From assembly GCA_963840855.1 (NCBI GenBank), contig CAWJBB010000040.1:192001-256000 (forward strand): a stretch of 64,000 nucleotides of DNA, written 5' to 3'. Positions 29,046-38,187 of this stretch are shown here, piece after piece. Every line of letters starts with the position of its first letter. Positions within the stretch are counted from its first letter, which is position 1. This DNA is from an uncultured delta proteobacterium. GTDB lineage: Bacteria; Desulfobacterota; Binatia; UBA9968. A program made the translations under genes and the position numbers. Below the pieces are notes generated by a model, which was not told the DNA's origin, ran no database searches, and saw only the letters and a program-made list of their open reading frames with translations.

Positions 29046-30125
29046 TCAGCTATTGCCGCTTCCGGGTCGTTCGATCGAATAGGTGATAGGCAATTCGGCG
29101 GCGAAGGGGCCCTCGGTCTTCGGGCCTCGCAGGAAAACCCGTAGGGCCTTGAGCGGGTGCTTGATCGCATCATTGACGGCGGTACTTTCATAACCGCAAT
29201 GTGCCATGCAATTGGCGCATTTTGGGTTGTTGCCCGTGCCGTAACGATCCCAATTGGTTTCTTCGATCAGAGCTTTGAACGTCGGCGCGTAACCTTCGCC
29301 CACAAGCAAATAGCAGGGCCTTTGCCAACCGAGCACATTGCGTGTCGGGTTACCCCAGGGTGTACAACGGTAGCTTTCATTACCGGCGAGAAAATCGAGA
29401 AACAGGCTGGAGTGGTTAAGCCGCCACTTGCGCCCCCGACCAAGCCTAAAAATATTCCTAAAGAGCTGTTTGCTCGCATTGCGCTGCATGAAAACGTCTT
29501 GGCGGGGAGCATGTTCATAGCTGAACCCAGGGGAAATAGTCACCCCCTCCACTCCAAGAGCCGCGACATCATCGAGAAAGTTTGCCACTTCTTCGGCTGA
29601 TTCCCCTTGGAACAAGGTACAGTTGATGGTTACCCGGAAACGCTTTTGAATTGCCTTCTGAATCGCCTCCACAGCCTGGTCAAATACCCCCGTCCGGCAG
29701 ACTGACGTGTCATGCCGAGTGCGGCTCCCATCCAGATGAACCGAAAAAGTCAGGTAGGGCGAAGGGGTATAATCATCCATGCGTCGAGAAAGGAGTAACG
29801 CGTTCGTGCATAGGTAGACAAACTTTTTTCGCTGAATAAACCCACGGACGATCTCGGGCATCTCCTGGTGGATCAGAGGCTCGCCTCCAGCGATCGAAAC
29901 AACTGGCGCCCCACACTCGTCGATGGCGGCCATGCATTCCCTTGGGCTCAGACGGCGATCCAAGATCTCTTCGGGATAATCGATCTTGCCGCAGCCGGCA
30001 CACGCCAGATTACAGCGGAACAACGGCTCTAACATGAGCACCAGCGGATAACGTTCGACCCTCCGGAGCCGTTGCTTCAGAATGTAACCCAGAATGGCCA
30101 GGCTTTGGCGTAAGGGAATTCCCAT
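29046..30125 (-). CDS. hpnH: Adenosylhopane synthase HpnH (radical SAM)
   Basis: YPLVLMLEPLFRCNLACAGCGKIDYP, CTPWGNPTRN, CANCMAHCGYE. Confidence 0.95.
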   Translation of the reverse strand: MGIPLRQSLAILGYILKQRLRRVERYPLVLMLEPLFRCNLACAGCGKIDYPEEILDRRLSPRECMAAIDECGAPVVSIAGGEPLIHQEMPEIVRGFIQRKKFVYLCTNALLLSRRMDDYTPSPYLTFSVHLDGSRTRHDTSVCRTGVFDQAVEAIQKAIQKRFRVTINCTLFQGESAEEVANFLDDVAALGVEGVTISPGFSYEHAPRQDVFMQRNASKQLFRNIFRLGRGRKWRLNHSSLFLDFLAGNESYRCTPWGNPTRNVLGWQRPCYLLVGEGYAPTFKALIEETNWDRYGTGNNPKCANCMAHCGYESTAVNDAIKHPLKALRVFLRGPKTEGPFAAELPITYSIERPGSGNS

Positions 30126-30636
30126 CGTGAACTTTCTAACTAAATAGAACGGCAAGCGCGGTCAAACACTGCGCCCGGCAACTTCTCGACCCCGCATTCA
30201 TTGTGAACGATTGTGTGAAGAACATAGATAGGCCGGCCAAGAACTCTAAAGAGGCTTCGGCGATTTGGCTGGCTCGAAAAACGCCAGCTCAGAATCCCGG
30301 GCCTCTCGCTAGTACGACTTCTATCAACCTCCCCTACCAGAAAAACATGCACTATGCCTCTAGGCTCCAGGGATATCAGGTTACGCTTGCGTTATCGAGG
30401 CTTGGCCCTGACTCATAGCAGGCGCTGATTCGCGGCGGTCAACCACCACGCCGGTTGCTGACTGGTCGCATTGAATCTCATACGGTGCGCTCTCTATCTT
30501 AAGCAGTCCCCGAAAGGCTTTCGTATTGCGAAATGCCGGGAAAGTCAAAAGTTTAGTGAATGGCTTCCCCTGAGAAGCGAACGGGCAGCGACAATGCGGA
30601 ACAAGACCCGGCCGATGATCTACTGATGAACGATGC

Positions 30637-30987
30637 CTATTCATCCCCCTCGTACCAATCTTCATGCAATGACCACACGGCACAGCGGAGACAGGCGGTC
30701 CAGTGCCATTGATGGCTGCAACCCGGGCAGCGGCCGCGGGATTTGAAGGTATTCCACGACGAGCCGCAGCCGCCGAAAAAGTTTTCGGGATATTCGCATG
30801 GACCACAAAACCAACGGCTCGACGTATTGGGTTGCCATTTACATTTTGGACAACGGATACGGCCACGTTTCTCTTGGTCGTGTTGGTTTACCTCTCGCAA
30901 TTTGGTTGGCTGCCGTTTGTTACTCTCTTGAAAAAGCCAGAAAGCAATCAACGGAAACGACAACCGAGTCGATGGACGCATTTTCAT
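30637..30987 (-). CDS. Small Cys/Trp-rich putative zinc-binding protein
   Basis: CPKC, CGPC, CPGC, CLRC pairs and a C-terminal HEDWY. Confidence 0.7.
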   Translation of the reverse strand: MKMRPSTRLSFPLIAFWLFQESNKRQPTKLREVNQHDQEKRGRIRCPKCKWQPNTSSRWFCGPCEYPENFFGGCGSSWNTFKSRGRCPGCSHQWHWTACLRCAVWSLHEDWYEGDE

Positions 30988-31081
30988 TTATGAGCCATGA
31001 GAGCGCGGCCTGCGCAAATTTTGCCCACGGTCTTTGCCGTTCAAATACACTTGCCTAAGATTATTCTCGCGCCACGCCTGT

Positions 31082-31099
31082 CCTGAGCAAGTCGAAGGG
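31082..31099. repeat. CCTGAGC-N-GTCGAAGGG REP-like unit
   Basis: Near match to 59694-59713; embedded in a CGCAAAG-type repeat. Confidence 0.55.
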
Positions 31100-31159
31100 A
31101 CGCAAAGCTCGTAAAGTCCCCACCCTACCCATCTTTTTTTTCATCTTCTAACTTAGCGT

Positions 31160-31214
31160 CTTTGCGCCTTTGCGCGAGATATTCCGGCTTTTGGTTGCGG
31201 CATAGCCGGGCTAG
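31160..31214 (-). repeat. Dispersed REP-like element, copy 2
   Basis: Reverse complement of 72-126 with 7 mismatches, 3 of them in the hairpin loop. Confidence 0.8.
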
Positions 31215-31532
31215 ATTCTTCGTCGTTAGCGGTGCGGCCTATTTTTCACCCGCCCTATTAGTGCGCCAATTCGGGGGTCAATTGCAAATACCCTTTCATG
31301 GTTTTCCCGGGTTGGATTGCTTCTTTGGTTATCTGCCGAAGCAGGACAATCAGAGCTAATGTTTCGACCTGCCTCGACTGGCGCAACCTATGGCGAACCG
31401 TCCACGCTATTGAACCGGGCGCGCATCCTAGGTAATAATACGTTGATATTTTTGAGAGATGGTAATCAACCGCTTGCCTATACATCTTTGAGACAGGCTA
31501 GTGTTTATTGCGTCCAGGTTCGCGGATTGACC

Positions 31533-32459
31533 GTGCAAGCATCCGAAGAAAAACTTCTAAGCCGGCGCCAAGTTCACGGCGGCGCACGATATCGTGTGGC
31601 CGTCAGAGAGCGCTTCGCCCGCTATTTTCCAGCATCGCGGTTCCCGGACTACTGGGCGCTATTCGGGGCAGCCGGTGAAGCGATCAAAACCGAAGCGAGA
31701 ACACGCGTCGCCTTGCTGACGGCGCGCGCCCGGGAAGAACGGCCCGACGATGCCAAAGCATTTGTTTTGAAATGCTACTCGTATCCTTTTTTGCCGCGCA
31801 TCCGGACGGGGTTTAGCACCGCGAAAGCAGAGCGAGAGTTCAAAAACTTGCTAACCCTGGGACGGTATGGAGTGCTGGCGGTCGAACCGGTCGCCTTCGG
31901 CGTGGAACGGACCCGACTGGGCTTCGTGCGTTCCTGCTTCCTCATCACGAGGTTTGCCGAAGCGAGCGCGAACCTGACAAGCCAGGCCTACATTTCCCTT
32001 TCCCGACAAGCCAACGGCGATAATATCCGCGACTCGATTCTTAGACAAATCGGCCGCCATCTTCGGCATCTCCATAGTGCCGGCTTTTTCCTGTTCACGC
32101 CCAAGGCGAAGAATATTTTGTTTCGCCTGGGCGCCAGCGGAATCGTCGAAACGCTGTTCGTCGATATTCCCTATGCAAGGACGCTACGCTGGCGGCCTCT
32201 GGCGCGCCGGGCTCAGGGCCGCGATCTGGGTGTTTTTCTGGGCAGCTTTCTACCCGAGGCCAAGGACGGCGACCTGGATCTATTCTATGAAACCTATCTG
32301 CCCGACCCCCTTGGCGCGACGTCGTCGCGCCTCCGGCGCCGGGCCATGAAATGCATGCGGGCGAAGCAGAACCGAACATTCCTGTCGTCCCTGATCCACG
32401 GTTTCAAGCGCCGCTGGCGCGCTTTCCCCCGCCGTCACACAGCCTCCGCGACCACATAG
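31533..32459 (+). CDS. Kdo/WaaP/InaA-like kinase family protein
   Basis: FVLKCY, KAEREFKNL, PVAFG, LRHLHSAGF, KNILF, FVD; GTG start estimated. Confidence 0.7.
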   Translation: MQASEEKLLSRRQVHGGARYRVAVRERFARYFPASRFPDYWALFGAAGEAIKTEARTRVALLTARAREERPDDAKAFVLKCYSYPFLPRIRTGFSTAKAEREFKNLLTLGRYGVLAVEPVAFGVERTRLGFVRSCFLITRFAEASANLTSQAYISLSRQANGDNIRDSILRQIGRHLRHLHSAGFFLFTPKAKNILFRLGASGIVETLFVDIPYARTLRWRPLARRAQGRDLGVFLGSFLPEAKDGDLDLFYETYLPDPLGATSSRLRRRAMKCMRAKQNRTFLSSLIHGFKRRWRAFPRRHTASATT

Positions 32460-32465
32460 CCGATC

Positions 32466-33134
32466 ATGGACGAACAGATATTATCGCGCTACAACAGCGC
32501 CGAGGGCCTGGCGGACTACACCAACAAATTCAAGAAACACTGGACCGAGCGGGTCAACAATTGGAACGAGCAGCGCCTGTTGAGAAAACTGTTGAGCGCC
32601 GTGGCGAAGAGCCCGGGACAGGGGCTGGCGCTGGATCTGCCCTGCGGCTACGGCCGCCTTTATCCGATCGTTCGACGCTACGCCGGACAAGTGGTCGAGG
32701 GCGATTGGAGTTTTCAACTGCTGTCGGCGGCGCAAACCTTCCAACGGCAGGAGCCCAAACTGGGCTCCGTAGCCGGCTACGTCCGCGCCACCGCCCTCAC
32801 GCTGCCGTTCTCCGATCGCGCGTTTGCGCTTGTTTTGTCGGTGCGTCTTTGCCATCACATTCGCGAGCACAAAGAACGAATTCAATACGTCCAGGAGCTC
32901 ATGCGCGTCAGCGGCAACTGGGTGGCTTTTACTTATTTCGACGAAGCTTCGATCAAGAATCGTCTGCATGAGTTGCGCCGCCGTTACAACTCAAAGCGGC
33001 CCAAATGGGCCCTTCAATTACAGGAGATCGAAGCCCTCGGCCGCGCTCATGGCTTTGAGGTCGTCCGTTCGCTGTGGATGTCGCGCTTCTTTTCAGGCCA
33101 TCGCTATTTGCTGCTCAAACGAACCCACGCTTGA
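32466..33134 (+). CDS. Class I SAM-dependent methyltransferase
   Basis: LDLPCGYGR motif I, LPFSD, RLCHH. Confidence 0.85.
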   Translation: MDEQILSRYNSAEGLADYTNKFKKHWTERVNNWNEQRLLRKLLSAVAKSPGQGLALDLPCGYGRLYPIVRRYAGQVVEGDWSFQLLSAAQTFQRQEPKLGSVAGYVRATALTLPFSDRAFALVLSVRLCHHIREHKERIQYVQELMRVSGNWVAFTYFDEASIKNRLHELRRRYNSKRPKWALQLQEIEALGRAHGFEVVRSLWMSRFFSGHRYLLLKRTHA

Positions 33135-33244
33135 TCTCCCCCGCAAATTTCTCGTCTCCCCAACGTGATCCATGGATCTTTTCGCGCCGCAGTCCACGCA
33201 GCCCTTGAATCATCATCCACATTCCATGCTAGTTAATAGGCATC

Positions 33245-34162
33245 ATGTCTGCCGATAAGTGCGTCACGCTTCACGACGCCATCGCGGCCAACATTCAAGA
33301 CGGCATGTCCGTTGCGATGGGTTGCGGCTTGGAATCGCTCATCCCATTCGCCGCCAGCTACGAAATTATCCGCCAGAAGAAAAGAGATTTAACCCTAATC
33401 GCGCCGATTTCCGATATTCAATTCGATCAACTCATCGGCGCCGGCTGCGTTAGAAAAATCATCGCCTCATGGGTCGGCAACGTCGCCGCCGGACTAGGCC
33501 ATAACTACCGGCGCGCCGCCGAATTGGGAATACCCAATCCAATTCAGATCGAAGAACATTCCAACTTCACTATCGGCTTGGGCCTGCAAGCGGCGGCCTC
33601 GGGCCTGCCCTACCTCCCAACCAAGACCATCAAGGGCAGCGACTTCAGCCGCGGGCCGCAATTCTCGCGCGTAGCTTGTCCTTTTACCGGCGAAGAGTTG
33701 GCTGCCGTGCGCGCCATCCAACCTGACGTAGCAATCCTGCATGTGCAACGTGCTGACCGCGAAGGCAACGTGCATCTTTGGGGCAACTTCGGCGTGATGC
33801 GCGAAGCCGGTTTCGCCGCCGGCAAAGTTATCCTCACCTGCGAAGAGATCGTGGATCACGACGTTATTCTGAGCGACCCGAACCGAAATGTAATCCCAGG
33901 ATTTGTGGTCTCAACAGTCGTGCATGAACCCTTCGGCGCCCACCCGTCCCCGGCCCAGGGCTACGCGCGGCGAGACGACGATTTCTACTTCGAGTATCAC
34001 AAAGAGAGCCGCTCGCGCGAAGGGTTCGAACACTGGCTCGAAAAATACGTGTTTGGCGTCAAGGATCACCGCGCTTTTTTGCAGCTTCTCGGCACCGAGC
34101 GCGTGAATAAACTCAAACCGCAGGCCAATTTGTTTGCGCCGGCGGTAAGCTTCAATTACTGA
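33245..34162 (+). CDS. CoA-transferase subunit A (glutaconate/3-oxoadipate type)
   Basis: EIIRQKKRDLTLI, LIGAGCV, PDVAILHVQRADREGN, PFGAHPS. Confidence 0.88.
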   Translation: MSADKCVTLHDAIAANIQDGMSVAMGCGLESLIPFAASYEIIRQKKRDLTLIAPISDIQFDQLIGAGCVRKIIASWVGNVAAGLGHNYRRAAELGIPNPIQIEEHSNFTIGLGLQAAASGLPYLPTKTIKGSDFSRGPQFSRVACPFTGEELAAVRAIQPDVAILHVQRADREGNVHLWGNFGVMREAGFAAGKVILTCEEIVDHDVILSDPNRNVIPGFVVSTVVHEPFGAHPSPAQGYARRDDDFYFEYHKESRSREGFEHWLEKYVFGVKDHRAFLQLLGTERVNKLKPQANLFAPAVSFNY

Positions 34163-34250
34163 GTAAACGCTCAACCCATGCTACGGCCGAATCGCAGTGG
34201 CAAGCTGCGGGGAATTACACCGGCAGAGATAAAAAATAAGGAGGGATGCC

Positions 34251-34685
34251 ATGAAAACCGTGCCTTCATCTAAACTCTCTCAGGAGGGCTGCGACATCAT
34301 CGTCAACGCCGCCATCGAAAAGGCCAAGGAGCTAAAACAAATCGTCAGCATTTGCGTGGTCGATGCCGGAGGCCATCTAATGGCGTTCAAGCGCATGACC
34401 AACGGCCGGACGCATAATACGTTGATCGCGCAAGCAAAAGCGCGCGGCGCCGCGGTCACTACGGCGGCTACCGGAAAGACGGCGCGCGACGGCAGTGAGA
34501 TTCCCGATCACCAGGTGCTGGCACAAACCCTCGCCGTCGGTCCAGGTTGGTTTGTCAGCATCGAAGGCGGACTGCCCATCGCCGTCGACGGACAGTGCAT
34601 CGGCGCCGTCGGCGTAAGCGGCGCGCCTTCGGCCGTCGATCGCCAGATCGGACAGGCCGGGATTGACGCGTTCAACAAGGCGTAG
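34251..34685 (+). CDS. GlcG/HbpS-family heme-binding protein
   Basis: ICVVDAGG, IAQAKA, GGLPIAVDGQCIGAVGVSGA. Confidence 0.88.
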   Translation: MKTVPSSKLSQEGCDIIVNAAIEKAKELKQIVSICVVDAGGHLMAFKRMTNGRTHNTLIAQAKARGAAVTTAATGKTARDGSEIPDHQVLAQTLAVGPGWFVSIEGGLPIAVDGQCIGAVGVSGAPSAVDRQIGQAGIDAFNKA

Positions 34686-34692
34686 CTTTCTG

Positions 34693-34797
34693 GTTCAAAG
34701 TTCAACGTTTCATAAGTTTCCACGTCCCAACCTCGAACGCAGAACGTTGAATCGCGCCGAAGGCGCCACGTTGAACATTGAACCTTGAACTTTGAAC
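34693..34797. repeat. GTTCAAN heptamer palindromic repeat with embedded GCGCCGAAGGCGC hairpin
   Basis: Fills the gap up to the ATG at 34799. Confidence 0.85.
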
Positions 34798-34798
34798 G

Positions 34799-35554
34799 AT
34801 GATATATACCCGACGCGAACTGATGGTCGCTGCTGCGGCGCGGGAGATCCGCGACGGCGACAAGGTCTTTGTCGGCATGCGCTTGCCGCTTTTAGGCTTT
34901 GCCGTGGCCAAGGAAACCCACGCGCCGGGCGCCATCGGCATTTTTGAAAACGGCGTGATCCGGGACTGGCCGGCGCTCGAATCTATCTTCACCATGAGTG
35001 ACCCACCCAACGTTGCCGGAGCACTTTTATGCGGCGGCCTGAATGACGTGATGCATCTATTGCAGTCCGGCCGCGTCGATCTCGGCTTCATCGGCGGCGC
35101 CGAAGTCGACCGCTTTGGCAATTTGAACACCCATTGGGTGGAAGAAAACGGCAAGCGCATCCGCTTGCCGGGCAGCGGCGGCGCGGCGGACATCGCCACG
35201 ATGGCCAAACGATGCATCATTATCATGAATCACGAGCGGCGGAGATTCACGCCGAAAGTTCAGTACATCACTTCGCCTGGATTCGGCGACGGCGGCGAGT
35301 GGCGAAAGGAACGGGGGCTGACTGGAGGCGGCCCGAGCCGCGTGATCACCAGCATGGGGATTTTCTCATTCGATGCCGCGACCCACGAAATGATCTTAAG
35401 CTCGTATCATCCCGGCGTGTCCATAGACGAAATCAAGCACGAAACCGGCTGGCCGCTGCGCGTCGCGCCCGATGTTGGTGAAACGAACCCACCCACGAAA
35501 GCCGAACTGGCCGCGGTCAGAAAATATGATCCCAGAGGAGTCTGGACTTCTTAA
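34799..35554 (+). CDS. CoA-transferase subunit B
   Basis: VFVGMRLP, FENG (catalytic Glu), GGAEVDRFGNLN, LPGSGG, YITSPG. Confidence 0.88.
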   Translation: MIYTRRELMVAAAAREIRDGDKVFVGMRLPLLGFAVAKETHAPGAIGIFENGVIRDWPALESIFTMSDPPNVAGALLCGGLNDVMHLLQSGRVDLGFIGGAEVDRFGNLNTHWVEENGKRIRLPGSGGAADIATMAKRCIIIMNHERRRFTPKVQYITSPGFGDGGEWRKERGLTGGGPSRVITSMGIFSFDAATHEMILSSYHPGVSIDEIKHETGWPLRVAPDVGETNPPTKAELAAVRKYDPRGVWTS

Positions 35555-35632
35555 GCCCGATCCTCCATCACTCATTGTTCGTGATTTCTGTTCATCGCCG
35601 AGCACGAGCACGTTCCACGATCACGACTAGGG

Positions 35633-36151
35633 TTACGCCTCGACCTTCGCCGAGTTGATCACCACATTCTCCACCGGCACGTCATCATGGTGGCCTTTGC
35701 TCCCCGTCTTGACTTTTTCGATGGCGTGAACGATCTCCATGCCTTCGATCACCTGCCCGAACACCGCATAACCGAATTCAGCCGGTGACGGGCTGCGGTG
35801 GTTGAGAAAGTCATTGTCCTTCACGTTGATAAAGAACTGCGCCGTGGCGCTATCGACAACATTGGTCCTCGCCATGGCGATGCTGCCGATTTTGTTTTTC
35901 AGGCCGTTGGCCGCTTCATTCTTGATCGGCGCTCTGGTTTTCTTTTCCGCCATTTGCGCGTCCATGCCGCCACCCTGGATCATGAAGCCGGGGATCACGC
36001 GGTGAAAGATCAGCCCGTCGTAGTGGCCGTTGTTGACGTAGTCGACGAAATTCTGCGTCGTAACCGGCGCCTTTTCAGCGTCGAGTTCGATGCGAATATC
36101 GCCCTTGTTGGTTGACATGTTGACGATCGGATTTTTACTATCTGCCATCAC
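35633..36151 (-). CDS. Cyclophilin-type peptidyl-prolyl cis-trans isomerase
   Basis: [35 protein letters not shown]. Confidence 0.95.
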   Translation of the reverse strand: MMADSKNPIVNMSTNKGDIRIELDAEKAPVTTQNFVDYVNNGHYDGLIFHRVIPGFMIQGGGMDAQMAEKKTRAPIKNEAANGLKNKIGSIAMARTNVVDSATAQFFINVKDNDFLNHRSPSPAEFGYAVFGQVIEGMEIVHAIEKVKTGSKGHHDDVPVENVVINSAKVEA

Positions 36152-36281
36152 TGCCTCCTCAATGCGAGTATGTATTTTTCTAACATCTTTCCCATTCTAT
36201 GGATACCTCATAAAGCTAGAATTATTCGAGGCGATGGGATATGGGTACGGCAAACGATATCTCATTCCTAAAGGAGTCATT

Positions 36282-37199
36282 ATGGCAAGCGGAAAAACAA
36301 TCGAAGGAATCCTGATGCCGATGCCTGTGGCATTCAAACACGACGGTGCCATCGATCATGCAGGGACGGACGCGATCATCGATTTTTACCTGGATACGGG
36401 AGTGCATGGCTTCTTCCCGCTGGGAACCCACGGCCAAGGTATGACGATGGAAATCGAAGAGCGCAAAAAAATGGCGGAGCAAATCGTCAATCGCGTCAAA
36501 GGCCGCGTGCCGGTAGTCATGCACATCGGCACCGCCAATACCCTGTCTTCCATCGAGCTGGCGAAACACGCGGCGGGCCTGGACGTGGACGCCGTCGGCG
36601 TCGTGCCGCCGTATTATTATCCGCACGACGACTGGGAAGTGTACGCGCATTACAAAGCGATTGCCAAAAGCGTGCCCGGCGTGCCGATGTTCATTTACGA
36701 CAATACTGAAACCACCTGGGTAGAGATCACGCCGGCGAAGGCGAACAAAATCATCGAAGCGATTGCGCCCAATCCGCTGGCGGGCATCAAGGTCTCTTTC
36801 ATCGCCTTCGACAAGCTATTGGGATATGTCTACCAACTGCCGAAGTCCGTGGGGGTCTTCCCTGGGGGTATTTTTTCTTTGTACTCGGGCTACTCGGTGG
36901 GCGTGCGCGGCGCTATTCATCCGCCGTCGACGCCGTTTCCCGAGACCTGTGTAAAAATGTACGAAGCTTTGAAATCGGGCGATCTCAAGGCGGCTCAAAA
37001 AGAACATGATCTGCTCACCCGGCTGATGCAAGTGGTTGGCAGATACCTGCGCAGCCATGGGCGCGGCGTCTTCTGTGAATTGATGAAGTTGCGGGGCCTG
37101 CCGGTGGAGCGCTTCCCGCGCTGGGAAACGCCGCCCTTCACCGACAAAGAGCGAGCGGACTTGAAAGAAGGGATCGAACAAGCCGGCTTCAGATTGTAA
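36282..37199 (+). CDS. DapA/NanA-family class I aldolase/lyase
   Basis: PLGTHGQ (variant of GTTGE), VPPYYY, FIYD, Schiff-base GIKVS; RBS AAGGAG before ATG 36282. Confidence 0.85.
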   Translation: MASGKTIEGILMPMPVAFKHDGAIDHAGTDAIIDFYLDTGVHGFFPLGTHGQGMTMEIEERKKMAEQIVNRVKGRVPVVMHIGTANTLSSIELAKHAAGLDVDAVGVVPPYYYPHDDWEVYAHYKAIAKSVPGVPMFIYDNTETTWVEITPAKANKIIEAIAPNPLAGIKVSFIAFDKLLGYVYQLPKSVGVFPGGIFSLYSGYSVGVRGAIHPPSTPFPETCVKMYEALKSGDLKAAQKEHDLLTRLMQVVGRYLRSHGRGVFCELMKLRGLPVERFPRWETPPFTDKERADLKEGIEQAGFRL

Positions 37200-37219
37200 A
37201 ACCTCAAGGCGTAGAGAGC

Positions 37220-38020
37220 ATGACTAGCGGCAACAAACCGCTAACGCTGGAGATCGGCAAAAAGCTCTCGCCCGCCGAGGCGAAGGCTTTTACCGGCGAG
37301 ATCAAGCAGCGCATGTACGCGCGCTGGAATGACAGGATTTTCGGCGGCGCGTTCATGCGCGATCTCGAGGCCGGTAAACTACCCTTCGAGACCATAAAAT
37401 TATTCTGGCGCCATTGGTACAGCTATCCGGTGGAAGTGAACAACTTTCACCTGATCATCTACCAGCGCCATCAGGGAATCTTCGCGCGCCACCGCGACCT
37501 GCTCGCGCCCTACGTCGGCAAGATCAGCGACGAGCTGGTCAATCCGAGCATACCGGGGCATATCCAGGTGCTCATCAAACAGGGAGAGGCGTTTGGCGTG
37601 TCGCTGGATGAGATGGTCAACTGCGAAGTGTATGCCGAGTGCCGCGCGCTGACCGAATTCGCCCGCGGCCTGGTGTATGAAGGCAGCATGATCGAGTGGT
37701 GGGCGCGCTCATTGAATGAGGAAATGTTCGGCCACTGGGCCAAGCGCTGGCGCGAGGCGCTGCTAAATAAATACAAAATCCCGGAAGCCGATCTTTATTA
37801 TTTCGCGGTGCATGAAGAAGCTGACTTGCACGAACATTTGGACGGCCTGATGGCCCACGGCGAGGTGGCGCGTAGAGTTTTTGAGCGGCTGCTGCAAGAC
37901 GGCAACACCTGGCACCGGCCCGGCTGGGGTCCGGAGTACTGCTGTCTAATCAACGCCGACTGCGTGGCGATGTTCCATGACGGCATCTACAAACATTCGA
38001 AGGAACAGGGACATTTTTAG
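37220..38020 (+). CDS. Heme-oxygenase-like di-metal protein (CADD/PqqC/TenA fold)
   Basis: DE…H (SDELVNPSIPGH), EE, YFAVHEEADLHEH…HG motif pattern. Confidence 0.65.
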   Translation: MTSGNKPLTLEIGKKLSPAEAKAFTGEIKQRMYARWNDRIFGGAFMRDLEAGKLPFETIKLFWRHWYSYPVEVNNFHLIIYQRHQGIFARHRDLLAPYVGKISDELVNPSIPGHIQVLIKQGEAFGVSLDEMVNCEVYAECRALTEFARGLVYEGSMIEWWARSLNEEMFGHWAKRWREALLNKYKIPEADLYYFAVHEEADLHEHLDGLMAHGEVARRVFERLLQDGNTWHRPGWGPEYCCLINADCVAMFHDGIYKHSKEQGHF

Positions 38021-38055
38021 AACTAGCGAATCATTCACCACGAAGGAGACACGAC

Positions 38056-38120
38056 GTTCAAAAAGTTCAAGCCGTTCAAAACGCTCGCCGGATTGTTGGA
38101 CGGCTTGAACTACTTGAACG
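38056..38120. repeat. 9-bp-period GTTCAA palindromic repeat
   Basis: GTTCAAGCCGTTCAAAACG…GCCGGATTGTTGGACGGCTTGAAC, near-identical to 63673-63741. Confidence 0.8.
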
Positions 38121-38187
38121 CGGACGGCTATAGGCGCCCTATAATTTGTGACCTTCGTGCTCTCTGTGTTAAAAAATCCGGAGCATT

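Noticed and set aside
31080-31115. GGGACGCAAAGC resembles the c-di-GMP-I riboswitch core
   Set aside because: No GCAAACC…GAAA stem upstream and no second stem; it is better explained as a REP-like unit joined to a CGCAAAG repeat
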